The notes below the pieces were generated by a model. The model ran no database searches and had not been told where the DNA came from. It worked only from the letters and a program-made list of their open reading frames with translations. A DNA stretch of 45,080 nt from a virus. Below are positions 5,177-14,168 of this stretch, piece after piece. Every line of letters starts with the position of its first letter. The first letter of the stretch is position 1. Where the stretch lies: positions 1 through 45,080 of the IMG/VR virus record IMGVR_UViG_3300033052_000026; one strand, written 5' to 3'. The position numbers and the translations under genes are program-made.

Positions 5177-5578
5177 ATGAACGCCCTCACCCCGCTCACC
5201 GCCCAGCAGAAGGCCCTTGATGCGCTCAACGCGCTGATGGACGCCCGTGAGGCAGAGGCCCCGCGCTACCGCCTCCTCCGCCTGATCCAGAACAAGGCCC
5301 GCCGTCGCGGGCTGGTCAATCACTACCTCACACACCGCGATGAACTGCTGGCCTTCCTGTCGAGGCGCCCGGCCCCGCGCGAGTTCGAGACGCTGGACGA
5401 GGCAATCGGCTGGTTCCGCCGCGAGATCAAGCGCCAGCGCGGTCTGGCTGAGTTCGGCCATTGGGCTTTCAGCAACAACATTCTGGCCGCCTGCAAGGAT
5501 CGCCTGATCATCGCCCGCTACTTTGCCTGGGTGGAGAAGGCCGAGGCGTCTGACCGGCAGGCCCGGAGGGCTGCGTGA
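5177..5578 (+). CDS. Hypothetical early protein (133 aa)
   Basis: Starts 1 nt after the upstream stop. Its stop overlaps the next ATG. Confidence 0.7.
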   Translation: MNALTPLTAQQKALDALNALMDAREAEAPRYRLLRLIQNKARRRGLVNHYLTHRDELLAFLSRRPAPREFETLDEAIGWFRREIKRQRGLAEFGHWAFSNNILAACKDRLIIARYFAWVEKAEASDRQARRAA

Positions 5579-5748
5579 TGCGCAAGATCATCACCTCGAA
5601 CATCTACCCGCCGATCCCCGTCCGTGACTTTGACTGGATGGCCTACTTCGATGGCGACGATGAGTTCGGACCGCGCGGATACGGCCCGACCGAAGCCGAG
5701 GCCATCCAGGACCTGATCGATAACTACGACGATGAGGAGGACGCGTGA
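5578..5748 (+). CDS. Hypothetical acidic 56-aa protein (MRKIITSNIYPPIPVRDFDW...)
   Basis: Below the ORF-track cutoff. TGATG-type overlaps at both ends. Confidence 0.55.
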   Translation: MRKIITSNIYPPIPVRDFDWMAYFDGDDEFGPRGYGPTEAEAIQDLIDNYDDEEDA

Positions 5749-5834
5749 TGTCCCTCGCCTTCCAGATCACCGCCACCCTCCTGATTATCGCCGTTTACGT
5801 CGCCTGCCTCGTCTACGCTCTCTATCGGATGTGA
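5748..5834 (+). CDS. 28-aa hydrophobic peptide MSLAFQITATLLIIAVYVACLVYALYRM
   Basis: The ATG overlaps the upstream stop. One predicted TM helix. Very short. Confidence 0.35.
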   Translation: MSLAFQITATLLIIAVYVACLVYALYRM

Positions 5835-5869
5835 GAGCCAAGCGCTGCGCAGGTCATAGGGAGAATACC

Positions 5870-6451
5870 GTGAGCAACACCGAAATTCAGGCATGGCACT
5901 TCACTGGCAATAAGCTCCGCGATGGCCGGCCAATCCCCGCAGATGGCGAATGGCTGATCCATGAGGGCGAGATCGAGATTTGCGCCACCGGGCTGCATGC
6001 ATCGCGCCGTGCGATCGACGCCCTGCAATATGCTCCCGGCTCCACGATCTGCCGCGTGACCTGCCGTGGTGTCGTCACCGAGCACAAGAACGACAAGCTC
6101 GTCTGCCGCGAGCGCCGCATCGACTGGCGCATCGAGAATGGTGACGAACTGCTTCGCGCCTTCGCCCGAAAGGCTGCGCTCTCGGTCATCGACCTTTGGG
6201 ACGCGCCGGCCATCGTCCGCCAGTATCTCGAAACGGGCGACGAGAGCATCAGGGATGCCGCGTGGGCTGCCGCGTGGGATGCCGCGTGGGCTGCCGCGTG
6301 GGATGCCGCGTGGGATGCCGCGTGGGATGCCGCGTGGGATGCCGCGTGGGATGCCGCGTGGGATGCCAAAATTTCAGAGCTTAACGCCCTTCTTGAGGCG
6401 ATGCTGACCGAAGAGCACGAGAAGCGGGCTCTTGTGGCGGTGGTGGCCTGA
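5870..6451 (+). CDS. Hypothetical protein with a conserved phage N-domain and a C-terminal (AAWD)n repeat
   Basis: GTG start after SD GGGAGAA. N-domain [24 protein letters not shown]. Tandem AAWA/AAWD repeats. Confidence 0.7.
   Translation: MSNTEIQAWHFTGNKLRDGRPIPADGEWLIHEGEIEICATGLHASRRAIDALQYAPGSTICRVTCRGVVTEHKNDKLVCRERRIDWRIENGDELLRAFARKAALSVIDLWDAPAIVRQYLETGDESIRDAAWAAAWDAAWAAAWDAAWDAAWDAAWDAAWDAAWDAKISELNALLEAMLTEEHEKRALVAVVA
6254..6367 (+). repeat. 9.5 copies of a 12-bp tandem repeat (GATGCCGCGTGG / GCTGCCGCGTGG)
   Basis: Direct reading. In-frame, encoding DAAW/AAAW units. The last six full units (6302-6361 plus partial) are identical. Confidence 0.95.
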
Positions 6452-6624
6452 TGTCCCCCGACGAAGAAACCTACATCGCCAGCGCAGCCGCCAGCCTCGA
6501 TGACAAGCTCGCCGCTGAACTCCGCGCTTGCGAAGAAATCCTCAAGACCGAGGCAGACGTCGCGAAACGTCGCGCTGCCGGCAACCGATACCTCGAACTC
6601 ACCGAGAAGGAACGTGCAGCATGA
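6451..6624 (+). CDS. Hypothetical 57-aa coiled-coil protein
   Basis: The ATG overlaps the upstream stop (TGATG). The stop overlaps the ERF ATG (ATGA). Confidence 0.5.
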   Translation: MSPDEETYIASAAASLDDKLAAELRACEEILKTEADVAKRRAAGNRYLELTEKERAA

Positions 6625-7406
6625 ACGCCGCCACCACACTCATCGAACATGAGCCCGTCGAGGCTCCCCGCAGGGAACTCGTCTCGGCGCCATCCACTGC
6701 CGTCACGCCGATGGACATGATCGACCGCGCCCTGATGAACGGCGCGACGCCCGAGACGCTGGAGCGGCTTCTGTCGCTGCAGGAGCGCTGGGAAGGCAAC
6801 CAGGCCCGCAAGGCGTTTGACGAGGCCATGGCAGCCGCGAAGGCTGAGATCCCGGTCATCAGCAAGAACCGTGTCGTCGACTTCACGTCTTCGAAGGGGC
6901 GGACCCACTACAAGCACGAGGACTTGGCCGAGATCGCGAGGACGGTGAACCCGATCCTGAGCAAGCACGGCCTCTCCTACCGCTTTCGCACGACGTCCAA
7001 CGCGAATGAACCGGTCAGTGTGACCTGTATCGTCTCGCACCGGCTCGGCTATTTCGAAGAGAATACCCTGACTGCCGGCCGCGACGAGAGCGGCAACAAG
7101 AACAGCATCCAAGCCGTCGGCTCGACGCTGACCTATCTCCAGCGCATGACGCTCAAGGCCGCGCTGGGGCTGGCGGCAGCCGAGGACGATGACGGGCGGG
7201 CAGCCAATCAAACCGTCCACGACGGCCCGATCAGCGAAGAACAGGCCGGCAGGCTCCGCGAACTCATCGAAGTGTCCGGCGCTGACATCGCCATCTTCTG
7301 CGAGAAGTGGAAGATCGAGGCCGTTCCCGAACTGCCTGCCTCCAAGTTCACCGAAGCCTACGGCTCGCTTGAGCGCTGGCACAGGTCGCAGGGGGGCGCA
7401 CGATGA
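6621..7406 (+). CDS. erf: ERF-family single-strand annealing recombinase
   Basis: YKHEDLAEI..PILSKHGLSYRF..VTCIVSHRLGY..NSIQAVGSTLTYLQRMTLKAALGLAAAEDDDG. Confidence 0.8.
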   Translation: MNAATTLIEHEPVEAPRRELVSAPSTAVTPMDMIDRALMNGATPETLERLLSLQERWEGNQARKAFDEAMAAAKAEIPVISKNRVVDFTSSKGRTHYKHEDLAEIARTVNPILSKHGLSYRFRTTSNANEPVSVTCIVSHRLGYFEENTLTAGRDESGNKNSIQAVGSTLTYLQRMTLKAALGLAAAEDDDGRAANQTVHDGPISEEQAGRLRELIEVSGADIAIFCEKWKIEAVPELPASKFTEAYGSLERWHRSQGGAR

Positions 7407-8071
7407 ACGAGATCGTTCAGGGCTCGCTCGCGTGGCATCAGATTCGCCTCGGCAAGGTCACCGCCTCGCGGATCGCTGACCTGTGCGCCCGCACCAAGAC
7501 CGGCTGGGGGGCAACCCGCAAGAATTACATGGCCGAGCTTGTCGCCGAGCGCCTGACTGGCGCCCGCGCCGAAGGCTTCACCAACGCGGCCATGCAGTGG
7601 GGCACCGACATGGAGCCGGAAGCCCGCTCGGCCTACCAGTTCTATGCCAACAGGCGCGTCGTGCAGGTCGGTTTTGTCGATCACCCGACGATTGCCGAGA
7701 CCGGCGCCAGCCCCGACGGTCTGGTCAGTGAAGACGGTCTAGTCGAGATCAAGTGCCCGAACACGGCAACCCATATCGAAACCCTGCTCGGCGGCGTCGT
7801 GCCCGAGAAGTACGTCCTGCAGATGCAGTGGCAGATGGCCTGCACAGGCCGGCAGTGGTGCGACTTTGCCAGCTATGACCCGCGCTTACCCGAAAGCATG
7901 CGTCTGTTCGTGCGCCGCGTGGAACGTGACGACGCCCTGATCGCAGCCATCGAGAAGGACGTGACGGAATTCCTCGAAGAACTCCGCATGACCGTCTACC
8001 GGCTCCAGAAGAAATACGAACCCGAGACCGCGGAGTTGCCCGAGGCAGCCCGCATGCTGATGGTGGGGTGA
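7403..8071 (+). CDS. YqaJ-type viral recombinase exonuclease (PD-(D/E)XK)
   Basis: GSLAWHQIRLGKVTASRI..GASPDGLV..LVEIKCP..QMQWQM. Placed directly after ERF. Confidence 0.85.
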   Translation: MNEIVQGSLAWHQIRLGKVTASRIADLCARTKTGWGATRKNYMAELVAERLTGARAEGFTNAAMQWGTDMEPEARSAYQFYANRRVVQVGFVDHPTIAETGASPDGLVSEDGLVEIKCPNTATHIETLLGGVVPEKYVLQMQWQMACTGRQWCDFASYDPRLPESMRLFVRRVERDDALIAAIEKDVTEFLEELRMTVYRLQKKYEPETAELPEAARMLMVG

Positions 8072-8075
8072 ACCC

Positions 8076-8588
8076 ATGGCGGATGTTCCGACCCCCTTCA
8101 TCTGGGACGGCGAGGCGATGGTGCCGGCCTCGCCCTATTGGGCCGCGCGCGCCGATCAGCAATTCGTGGTCGGCGAGCACTACAAGCTTATCGAGCACCA
8201 CGATCGCTCCGAGGCCAGCCACCGGCACTATTTCGCTTCGATCAAGAACGGCTTCGACAACCTGCCTGATGTCATGCGCGACGATTACCCGACCGCCGAG
8301 CATCTTCGCAAGAAGGCGCTGATCAGGACCGGCTACGCGCATCACCGGGATTATGTCTGCGACAGCGCCAATGCTGCACGCGACATGGCGGCCTTCATCC
8401 GCCCCCTCGACGACTACGCCGTCATCATCACCAAGGACTGCATCGTCCGCGTCTACACCGCCATGAGCCAATCCGTGAAGGCCATGGGCGCCAAGGAATT
8501 CCATGCGTCCAAGACCGCCGTGCTCGAGTTCATCGACGACCTGCTTAGAGTCGAGCGCGGCGCGACTGCGCGAAGCGAGGCCGCATGA
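8076..8588 (+). CDS. Hypothetical conserved phage protein (170 aa)
   Basis: Clean ORF in the recombination module. Confidence 0.7.
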   Translation: MADVPTPFIWDGEAMVPASPYWAARADQQFVVGEHYKLIEHHDRSEASHRHYFASIKNGFDNLPDVMRDDYPTAEHLRKKALIRTGYAHHRDYVCDSANAARDMAAFIRPLDDYAVIITKDCIVRVYTAMSQSVKAMGAKEFHASKTAVLEFIDDLLRVERGATARSEAA

Positions 8589-8788
8589 AGCGCCTAGCCC
8601 AACGTGCCGTCGCTGCCTGGCTGGCCTTCAAGGCTTCCCGCGAAGTCGCCCGCCAGCGCCGCATCTTCGCCCGCTCCAACCCGCACATCATCGCCAAGGC
8701 CCACGAGAGATCGAGAAGAAGCGCAAGCGGCACCAGCCGACCCGCGCCGACACGCTGGACGACGCAAGCCCTCCGGGGAGGCGCGTGA
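8585..8788 (+). CDS. Hypothetical basic 67-aa protein
   Basis: ATGA overlap upstream and TGATG overlap downstream. The 3' third has weaker codon bias. Confidence 0.45.
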   Translation: MKRLAQRAVAAWLAFKASREVARQRRIFARSNPHIIAKAHERSRRSASGTSRPAPTRWTTQALRGGA

Positions 8789-9000
8789 TGGGCACCCACG
8801 AATTCAAGGTCATGATCGGCAGCGAAGTCGCCGCCACCGTATCCGGTGATGATCGCGCTGCGGCGATCAACGAAGCGGCGCGCTACGCGATGATGTACGT
8901 CGCAGAAGGCTTCCAGGACGTCTCGATTACAGGCGTCGAGAAGGACGACTTCGACGCGATCACCGACACGCATGGCTGGCCAAAGACGGTGGTGCAGTGA
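8788..9000 (+). CDS. Hypothetical 70-aa protein
   Basis: SD GGGGAGG lies 6 nt before the ATG at 8788. Confidence 0.6.
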   Translation: MGTHEFKVMIGSEVAATVSGDDRAAAINEAARYAMMYVAEGFQDVSITGVEKDDFDAITDTHGWPKTVVQ

Positions 9001-9428
9001 TGGGCATCATCTCAAGCAAGCTCCGAGCCAGCGCCAAGGGCCAGCCCTGCACCTTCGAGATTGCCGGAATCTGCAACCACAATCCCGAGACGACGGTGCT
9101 CTGCCACCTGCCGTCCGAGGTCAAGGGTGCCGGCAACAAGTCCGACGACTGGCATGCCGCCTTTGGCTGCTATGCCTGCCACGAGGCTATTGACCAGCAC
9201 CGGCTCTCGAAAGAGGACGAGCTTTTCTACAGCTTCCGCGCCCTGCAGCGCACGCAACGCTACTGGATCGAGGCCGGCCTGATCGTCATCCCCGCCGATC
9301 TCAAGGCAACCGGCGCGCCCAAGACGCGGCCGAAGAAGAAATCCGCTTGGCCGTCCAAGGCCATCCCCTCCCGTCCATTTTCTGACAAGGCCGCTCGCGC
9401 GGCAGCGAGGACAGACACCCATGGCTGA
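8997..9428 (+). CDS. YbcO-like (DUF1364) putative nuclease
   Basis: KGQPCTFEIAGICNHNPETTVLCHLPS..CYACHEAID resembles E. coli YbcO. Confidence 0.75.
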   Translation: MMGIISSKLRASAKGQPCTFEIAGICNHNPETTVLCHLPSEVKGAGNKSDDWHAAFGCYACHEAIDQHRLSKEDELFYSFRALQRTQRYWIEAGLIVIPADLKATGAPKTRPKKKSAWPSKAIPSRPFSDKAARAAARTDTHG

Positions 9429-9690
9429 GAAGATCAACGACGGCGATGCACTTCGGTACTTGGCGTATGTCTATGCCAAGGAAGAAGGCCAGCCCAACGC
9501 AGGATTCCGCAACACGCGGGAGGTTGCCGACTTCCTGCGGGTCAAGACGCCGACTGCCCGCAGGATCCTTGAGCGTCTTTTTGAGAAAGACTTGGTCATC
9601 GGCTACGATGGCCATCCCATCACGTGGTGCATCACCAACGAAGGTCGCGCCGAAGTCACCCGCTCCTCGTCTATGAGGAGTGGAGAATGA
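9421..9690 (+). CDS. Hypothetical winged-helix-like protein (89 aa)
   Basis: ORF with overlaps at both ends. REVADFLRVKTPTARRILERL. Confidence 0.65.
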   Translation: MAEKINDGDALRYLAYVYAKEEGQPNAGFRNTREVADFLRVKTPTARRILERLFEKDLVIGYDGHPITWCITNEGRAEVTRSSSMRSGE

Positions 9691-10742
9691 GCGTCCGCAT
9701 CCTTGTCGGCGATTGCCGTGAACTCCTCCGCACGCTTCCCGATGCCAGTGTGCATTGCTGCGTGACCTCGCCGCCGTACTTCGGCCTGCGTGACTACGGC
9801 GTTCATGGGCAGATCGGTCTCGAAGAGACGCCCGATGCGTTTGTTGCCGAACTGGTCGCGGTGTTCAGCGAGGTTCGCCGCGTTCTCCGCGATGAAGGGA
9901 CGCTGTGGCTTAATCTCGGCGATAGCTATGCCGGCTCTTGGGGGGCGCAATCCCGTGATCACGCTGGGAAACACTCCCCCAATGTCTCAGCGCTCAGCGC
10001 AAATCAAGTGAAGGCCGCCGCCCGCCGTCAGTCTCGGACAGGGGCCATACCTGAAGGTTCTGGCCTGAAACCTAAAGACCTGATCGGCATCCCATGGCGT
10101 GTAGCGTTCGCGCTGCAAGCAGATGGATGGTATCTGCGCCAGGATATCATCTGGTCTAAGCCCAATCCGATGCCGGAGAGCGTGCAGGACCGCTGCACCA
10201 AGGCGCATGAGTACATCTTCATGCTCTCGAAGTCGGTTCGCTATTTCTACGACATCGAGGCGATCAAAGAGCCGATGAGTTTGTCATCGGTCGGACGTCT
10301 CTCGCAAGACGTTGAATCTCAACAGGGCAGCGACCGCGTCCCCGGAAAGACGAACGGGCCAATGAAGGCTGTCGGGAAAATCGACAAACAGCGCGGCCAC
10401 GGCAGGCGTCACGCCGGTTTCAATGACCGATGGGACGCGATGGAAAAGGCCGAGCAATGCGCGGGCATGCGCAACAAGCGTTCCGTCTGGAGCGTTGCGA
10501 CCCAGCCCTTCAAAGAAGCGCATTTTGCCACCTTCCCGCCTGGCCTGGTTGAGCCCTGTATCAAGGCAGGGTGCCCCGAAGGTGGGACGGTACTTGACCC
10601 ATTCGGCGGGGCAGGAACGACTGGCCTTGTCGCTGATCGCCTCCAGCGCAACGCGATCCTCACCGAACTCAACCCCGAATACGCCGAAATCGCCCGCCGT
10701 CGCTTGGCTGGAGATGCCGGCATGTTTGCAGAGGTGGCGTGA
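9687..10742 (+). CDS. Beta-class N4/N6 DNA methyltransferase (SPPY type)
   Basis: VTSPPYFGLRDYG motif IV in the N-terminal part. DPFGGAGTTG motif I in the C-terminal part. SD GGAG before ATG 9687. Confidence 0.85.
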   Translation: MSVRILVGDCRELLRTLPDASVHCCVTSPPYFGLRDYGVHGQIGLEETPDAFVAELVAVFSEVRRVLRDEGTLWLNLGDSYAGSWGAQSRDHAGKHSPNVSALSANQVKAAARRQSRTGAIPEGSGLKPKDLIGIPWRVAFALQADGWYLRQDIIWSKPNPMPESVQDRCTKAHEYIFMLSKSVRYFYDIEAIKEPMSLSSVGRLSQDVESQQGSDRVPGKTNGPMKAVGKIDKQRGHGRRHAGFNDRWDAMEKAEQCAGMRNKRSVWSVATQPFKEAHFATFPPGLVEPCIKAGCPEGGTVLDPFGGAGTTGLVADRLQRNAILTELNPEYAEIARRRLAGDAGMFAEVA

Positions 10743-11668
10743 TGACCCTCAACGCAAAGGCTCTGGAAGCGCTTCTCGCCGAGCGCATCGGGCAGGATTT
10801 CGAAGGCGAATGCCACCTTGCCGAGCATGAGGCGCGTCAGATCATGGCCGCTCTCTCCTCTCTACCCCATGCAGGGGTGAGTGAGACAGCCCTAGAAGCG
10901 GTGAAGCACGCCATCATCATTTCGATGCAGGGCTACGACTACGGGCGTGAAGAGCTTGACGAAGATATCGGCCCGGTCTTCCGGACAACATCGCAGCAGA
11001 TAGCCCTTATTGAACAGCGGGCCGAAATCGCGGCCAAGCGCGTCATTGCAGTCCTCTCCCGCCAGCAAGAAGAGGCGGGGCGTCCATGCACATGTCACCC
11101 AGACGACAACCCGCCCAACCCCTGCGCTCGTCGCTATGCGCTGTCCGAGTGCCAGCAAGTAGAGGCGGTGCCGGTCGCGTGGCGCTGGCGCGGACCGAAC
11201 GGCGGCTGGATTTACGACGACGAGAAACCCAAGGGTTGGCATTCGGAGCCCGTTTATACCCGCCCCGCCTCCCCCGTCCCCGCAGGCGCAGGAGAGCCGG
11301 GGGTCAAGGCGCTGGAGTGGATCGAAGCCGCAGGGTTAGGCGGCGGTCGCAAGCTGATCGCTTTTGATCCGTTCGGCAATGAGTTCACCCGACTGGACCT
11401 GAAGGCACAGTCGGTAGGAGAGATCGAGGTATTCAAAGCCGCCGCTCAGGCCGACTTCGCCAAAGCCATCCGCTATGCGCTAGCCCCCACTACAGCGCCA
11501 GTCTCAGCGCCTGTGGTCACGCCTGAGATGGTTGCAGCTGCAAAAGATGCCTATTGGCACGTTGTTCATCACGGCGAAGGCTACGGCGACGACTGCTACG
11601 AGGCCGCAATAGAAGCAGCGTTTGAGGTTGCGTTCGCCCGCTCCACGGCTGTGGTGGAGGGCAAGTAG
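10739..11668 (+). CDS. Hypothetical protein (309 aa)
   Basis: ATGA overlap with the methyltransferase stop. No family recognised. Confidence 0.7.
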   Translation: MMTLNAKALEALLAERIGQDFEGECHLAEHEARQIMAALSSLPHAGVSETALEAVKHAIIISMQGYDYGREELDEDIGPVFRTTSQQIALIEQRAEIAAKRVIAVLSRQQEEAGRPCTCHPDDNPPNPCARRYALSECQQVEAVPVAWRWRGPNGGWIYDDEKPKGWHSEPVYTRPASPVPAGAGEPGVKALEWIEAAGLGGGRKLIAFDPFGNEFTRLDLKAQSVGEIEVFKAAAQADFAKAIRYALAPTTAPVSAPVVTPEMVAAAKDAYWHVVHHGEGYGDDCYEAAIEAAFEVAFARSTAVVEGK

Positions 11669-11896
11669 ATGGCTTGGGATCATCGCTACAGAATGCTTGA
11701 AGAAGGCGAAATCATCCAGATTGGGGACGAGGTTCTTACCGATAGCCATCTCGGCTGGCAGGAGGCAAAGCACGCGATAGGTCAGCCTGCGCCTAACCCG
11801 TATTACACGGCACACCGCATGTATCGCCGCGCTCTCGCCGCCCCTAGTGCCGGCGCTCCAGTCCCCGCCACAAGCAAGGCGAAGGGGAGCGAGTGA
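11669..11896 (+). CDS. Hypothetical protein (75 aa)
   Basis: Abuts the upstream stop and overlaps the next ATG. Confidence 0.55.
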   Translation: MAWDHRYRMLEEGEIIQIGDEVLTDSHLGWQEAKHAIGQPAPNPYYTAHRMYRRALAAPSAGAPVPATSKAKGSE

Positions 11897-12708
11897 TGTT
11901 CCTCTCGACAGAACAAACGCGCGCCGCACTCCACGGCATCGACAATCAGATATCATGGCGGCCGGTGGAACGCCCAGTTGGGCCACAACCCCTCCCCGCA
12001 TGGCTGAAGGGCGCTGAGGTCAACTGGTACGAAGGGTATTCAAACTCTCCCTCCGTCCGGTTGATCGTCGAAGGCGACGTTCGGAACTGGAACGGGAAGC
12101 GCTTCCGCAAGGAAGGCAAGTTCTATCGGGCTTATCATGAAGATGGCCGGCTGGAGCAGTATGCCCATGCTGGCGCAATCTCTCCCACCGAACTTAGCCG
12201 CTTTCGTTCCGCTGACGGCACCATTCGCGAATATCGGCGCTCTGGTCCGGAGTTTGCCGAATGCGGCGACAAGGGTATGGGTCAGATGTGGGCGGGTGGC
12301 GCCTTCGTCGACTACGGCTATGAACCAGGCGAATGGGTCAAGGTCGTTCTACCGGCCACAACAGCACAGGAAGGCTTCGGCGGCGCGCACGTCCCCTTGG
12401 TGATGGAAGACGGGTCCGAGCTGATCCTTCGCGGACCTTGGCATGTCGGTTCTCCGGCTGGGTACACTGAAGTCTCCTATAGCCAGCGTGGAAATCGCTG
12501 GGGGCTTCGCGGCGGCCTCTTCGTGACGCTCGATCTGTTCACGCGGATCATGGCCAGATTCCAGGCCCATCTAGAGCTGTTGGAGGTTACCTACGGCGGC
12601 GCGACGACCATCGAGCCCATGAAGCCCGATTGGGATGCACCAAAACGGGTGATCTACGACCGTGAATGGCAGGCCCGCCGAGCCAGCTCCAAGGCAAAGG
12701 AGGGCTAG
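11893..12708 (+). CDS. Hypothetical protein (271 aa)
   Basis: Clean ORF. No family recognised. Confidence 0.7.
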   Translation: MMFLSTEQTRAALHGIDNQISWRPVERPVGPQPLPAWLKGAEVNWYEGYSNSPSVRLIVEGDVRNWNGKRFRKEGKFYRAYHEDGRLEQYAHAGAISPTELSRFRSADGTIREYRRSGPEFAECGDKGMGQMWAGGAFVDYGYEPGEWVKVVLPATTAQEGFGGAHVPLVMEDGSELILRGPWHVGSPAGYTEVSYSQRGNRWGLRGGLFVTLDLFTRIMARFQAHLELLEVTYGGATTIEPMKPDWDAPKRVIYDREWQARRASSKAKEG

Positions 12709-12711
12709 GGT

Positions 12712-13945
12712 ATGCGCTTCCTCAGCCTTTGCTCTGGGATCGAAGCAGCCAGCGTCGCATGGGCGACGCTGGGCTGGAAGGCCGCGGCCTTTGCCGAGAT
12801 CGAGGCATTCCCCTCGGCGGTCCTTGCTCACCACTATCCCGACGTTCCCAACCTCGGCGACATCACCAAATTCAAGGAGTGGCCCGATCTTGGCGCAATT
12901 GACCTTATTTGCGGAGGCACCCCGTGCCAGTCATTCTCGGTCGCAGGACTTCGCAAGGGCCTTGCTGACCCACGCGGCAACCTCGCTCTCACCTTCCTTG
13001 CAATCGTTGATCGATACCGGCCTCGCTACGTCGTCTGGGAGAATGTGCCTGGCGTCCTGTCATCCGACGGAGGACGGGATTTCGCTGCCTTCCTCGGGGG
13101 CTTGGGGCAGTTGGGGTACGGGTGGGCCTACCGGGTGCTGGACGCGCAGCATGTCCGAGTGGACGGGTTCCCTCGTGCCGTCCCGCAACGCCGACGCCGT
13201 GTGTTCGTTGTCGGATATCTTGGAGACTGGCGACGTGCCGCAGCGGTACTTTCTGAGCCCGAAAGCGTGCTCGGGCATACTCCGCCGCGCCGAGAAGCGG
13301 GGGAAGGAACTTCCGAGCCAACTGCACTCAGCGTTGCGCTCCGTGGCCGAGAAGGCGGCGGAACTGCAGAGCGCCAGCGAGGACAACGGGACGGGACGCG
13401 GGACACCGTTGGTGCCGGTCGCGTTCAATCCGAAGGCTGGCGGCAACCGGACCATTGGCAAAAGCTACCTCGATGACGGATCTAGCTACACGCTGGACAC
13501 CGATTGCACGAGTGTTGCCGTCGCCTTCGACGCTCGTCAATCCGATGTCATCCAGTACGGCGACAAGACCGGCCCGCTGGACACTGACGGGCATACAACG
13601 GCGATCTGCCAAGGCTGGGCCGTCCGCCGCCTGACCCCGACCGAATGCGAGCGGCTGCAGGGCTTCCCGGGCGGCTACACCGCCATTCCCTACCGCGGCA
13701 AACCAGCCGCTGACGGTCCGCGCTACAAGGCGCTCGGCAACTCCTGGGCGGTCAATGTGGCGCGTTGGATCGGTCGCCGCATCGAAATGGTCGAGCAGAT
13801 CGCGGCAGAACAGTTCAAAAGGAGGCAGCAGAGTGATGGCATCCGACACACCCCTAGTGGAGCGGCTGCGTGCCGAGAACGACGAGCTTCGCAAGTGTGC
13901 AGAAGCCGCCGAGGCGCGTATCACGAAGATGCTCGAGCTGGTTGA
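12712..13945 (+). pseudogene. DNA (cytosine-5) methyltransferase split between two reading frames (+1 shift near 13.2 kb)
   Basis: In the frame of 12712: FLSLCSGIEA (I), GGTPCQSFS (IV), ENVPG (VI), QRRRRVFVVG (VIII). In the frame of 12662: DILETGDVPQRYFLS, SEDNGTGRGTPLVP, RRLTPTECERLQGFP (IX), YKALGNSWAVNV (X). Confidence 0.75.
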
Positions 13946-14168
13946 CGCAGCAAGGCCCTTCGCTGCGCTTATCGATCGTCAGGACGCAACCGACGTGGCG
14001 TGGTTGGTGAAGCAGGGCGCGAACCCTGATGACCTCACCCGATACTCGCCCGACGAAGACAAGGTTCATTCGTCGGGTGAAATTCGCGGTGCGTTGTTCC
14101 TGACGCGCGGGGACTTTCGTCGACTTTCCGCAACCCTCCGCGCCCTCTCTCAGGAGCCATCGTCATGA
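13836..14168 (+). CDS. Hypothetical protein (110 aa)
   Basis: SD AGGAGG before ATG 13836. Overlaps the open tail of the methyltransferase frame. Confidence 0.6.
   Translation: MASDTPLVERLRAENDELRKCAEAAEARITKMLELVDAARPFAALIDRQDATDVAWLVKQGANPDDLTRYSPDEDKVHSSGEIRGALFLTRGDFRRLSATLRALSQEPSS

Noticed and set aside
6196-6407. Regular short repeats that might suggest a CRISPR array or alternative repeat proteins (the GCRV and MPRG repeat ORFs in other frames).
   Set aside because: The units are 12 bp, directly abutting with no spacers, and they lie in frame inside a well-supported gene. The other-frame ORFs are simply the same repeat read out of frame.
6471-7382. Long ORFs antisense to clear genes: 6471-7382(-), 7749-8504(-), 13328-13924(-), 29771-30907(+), 32808-33866(+), 34194-35291(+), 35709-36830(+), 44302-44994(+).
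   Set aside because: They lie opposite genes with recognisable families (ERF, exonuclease, methyltransferases, capsid, scaffold, portal). Their translations are R/G/A/P-rich and low in complexity. Open antisense frames are expected in GC-rich DNA, where stop codons are rare.
8690-8790. Possible -1 frameshift joining ORF 8585-8788 to ORF 8788-9000. After about 8705 the frame of 8503-9000 (…REIEKKRKRHQPTRADTLDDASPPGRRVMGTHEF…) has more G/C-ending codons than the annotated frame.
   Set aside because: The two-gene model is fully consistent. A strong SD (GGGGAGG) lies 6 nt before ATG 8788, and the TGATG stop/start overlap matches many other junctions here. No slippery heptamer is evident. The codon-bias difference covers only ~28 codons.
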